Positions 63,657 to 64,000 of a stretch of DNA of 64,000 nt are shown in pieces; the stretch's first letter is position 1; every line of letters starts with the position of its first letter. Below the pieces are notes generated by a model, which saw nothing but the letters and a program-made list of their open reading frames with translations, ran no database searches and was not told where the DNA came from. A program made the translations under genes and the position numbers. Origin of the DNA: Pelagomonas calceolata (Eukaryota); contig CAKKNE010000003.1 of the NCBI GenBank assembly GCA_918797485.1, positions 744,001 to 808,000 on the forward strand, read 5' to 3'.

Positions 63657-64000
63657 ATGCCTCGTGTGCTGGTTGCGCTTGCCTCCGTTGGCCTGCGCGC
63701 ATCGTCCTTTACACTCGCTACTCAGCGCCGGCAGCCCAACGCATTCAGGCGCAACATGGGGGCCCTCCAGAGCACTGCAGCCCCCAGTGTCCGGCACATG
63801 CGCTCCCGTACGGCTCGTCAACCTCCACGCCATCGACGCGCCATGCTCCCGTAGCTCCAGTGGCTGCGCCTCGCTCGATGGCGTGGGGGTGTGTACGTCC
63901 GGGCAGTCCGAACGCCATCGACGCGCCGGCGCCGCGACCGCGTCCCCTCACAGGCCGCCGACGAGCAGGAACTTAAAGGGATGATCAAATCCATGGCGGA
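63657..64000 (+). CDS. 3'-truncated, probably plastid-targeted protein (exons 63657-63776, 63954 to window end)
   Basis: MPRVLVALASVGLRASSF has an ASAF-like cleavage motif; continues AADEQELKGMIKSMA after the intron. Confidence 0.55.
63777..63953 (+). mobile_element. Introner-related GC-AG intron (about 177 bp)
   Basis: Three ACGCCATCGA modules in mixed orientation; TSD-like GCAGCCCC/GCCGCCGA; acceptor CTCACAG. Confidence 0.6.

Overview
This is gene-dense, GC-rich eukaryotic nuclear DNA, most consistent with a pelagophyte alga (Pelagomonas/Aureococcus-like). That placement is inferred from GC/GT-AG introner-type introns, stramenopile-style bipartite plastid-targeting peptides and a selenoprotein. 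About 40 protein-coding genes lie on both strands with short spacers. Recognisable products include a GRK, USB1, an NMNAT-like-ankyrin fusion, a BEACH-WD40 protein, MAPEG, a USP4/15-like protease, DeSI, an HSF-cNMP protein, VAMP7, 6PGL, Nup133, PRP40, NDUFB3, a 5'-nucleotidase, CGI121, an NTT and BioD. Five things are not visible in the ORF track. (1) About 11 introns derive from one introner (TIR DNA transposon) family; they take their donor from an 8-bp target-site duplication, and several donors appear to have gained +5G afterwards. (2) A plastid-targeted AhpC/TSA-like selenoprotein has UxxC and an atypical SECIS. (3) A bipartite CTAG...GTAAGACACTAGC motif occurs in 10 gene-upstream spacers. 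(4) The largest gene-free gap holds two hairpin-rich segments, each directly preceded by an identical 56-bp element, a candidate pair of unannotated ncRNA genes. (5) A 58-aa NDUFB3 gene is missing from the track. All calls were made by eye; no database search or folding program was run.
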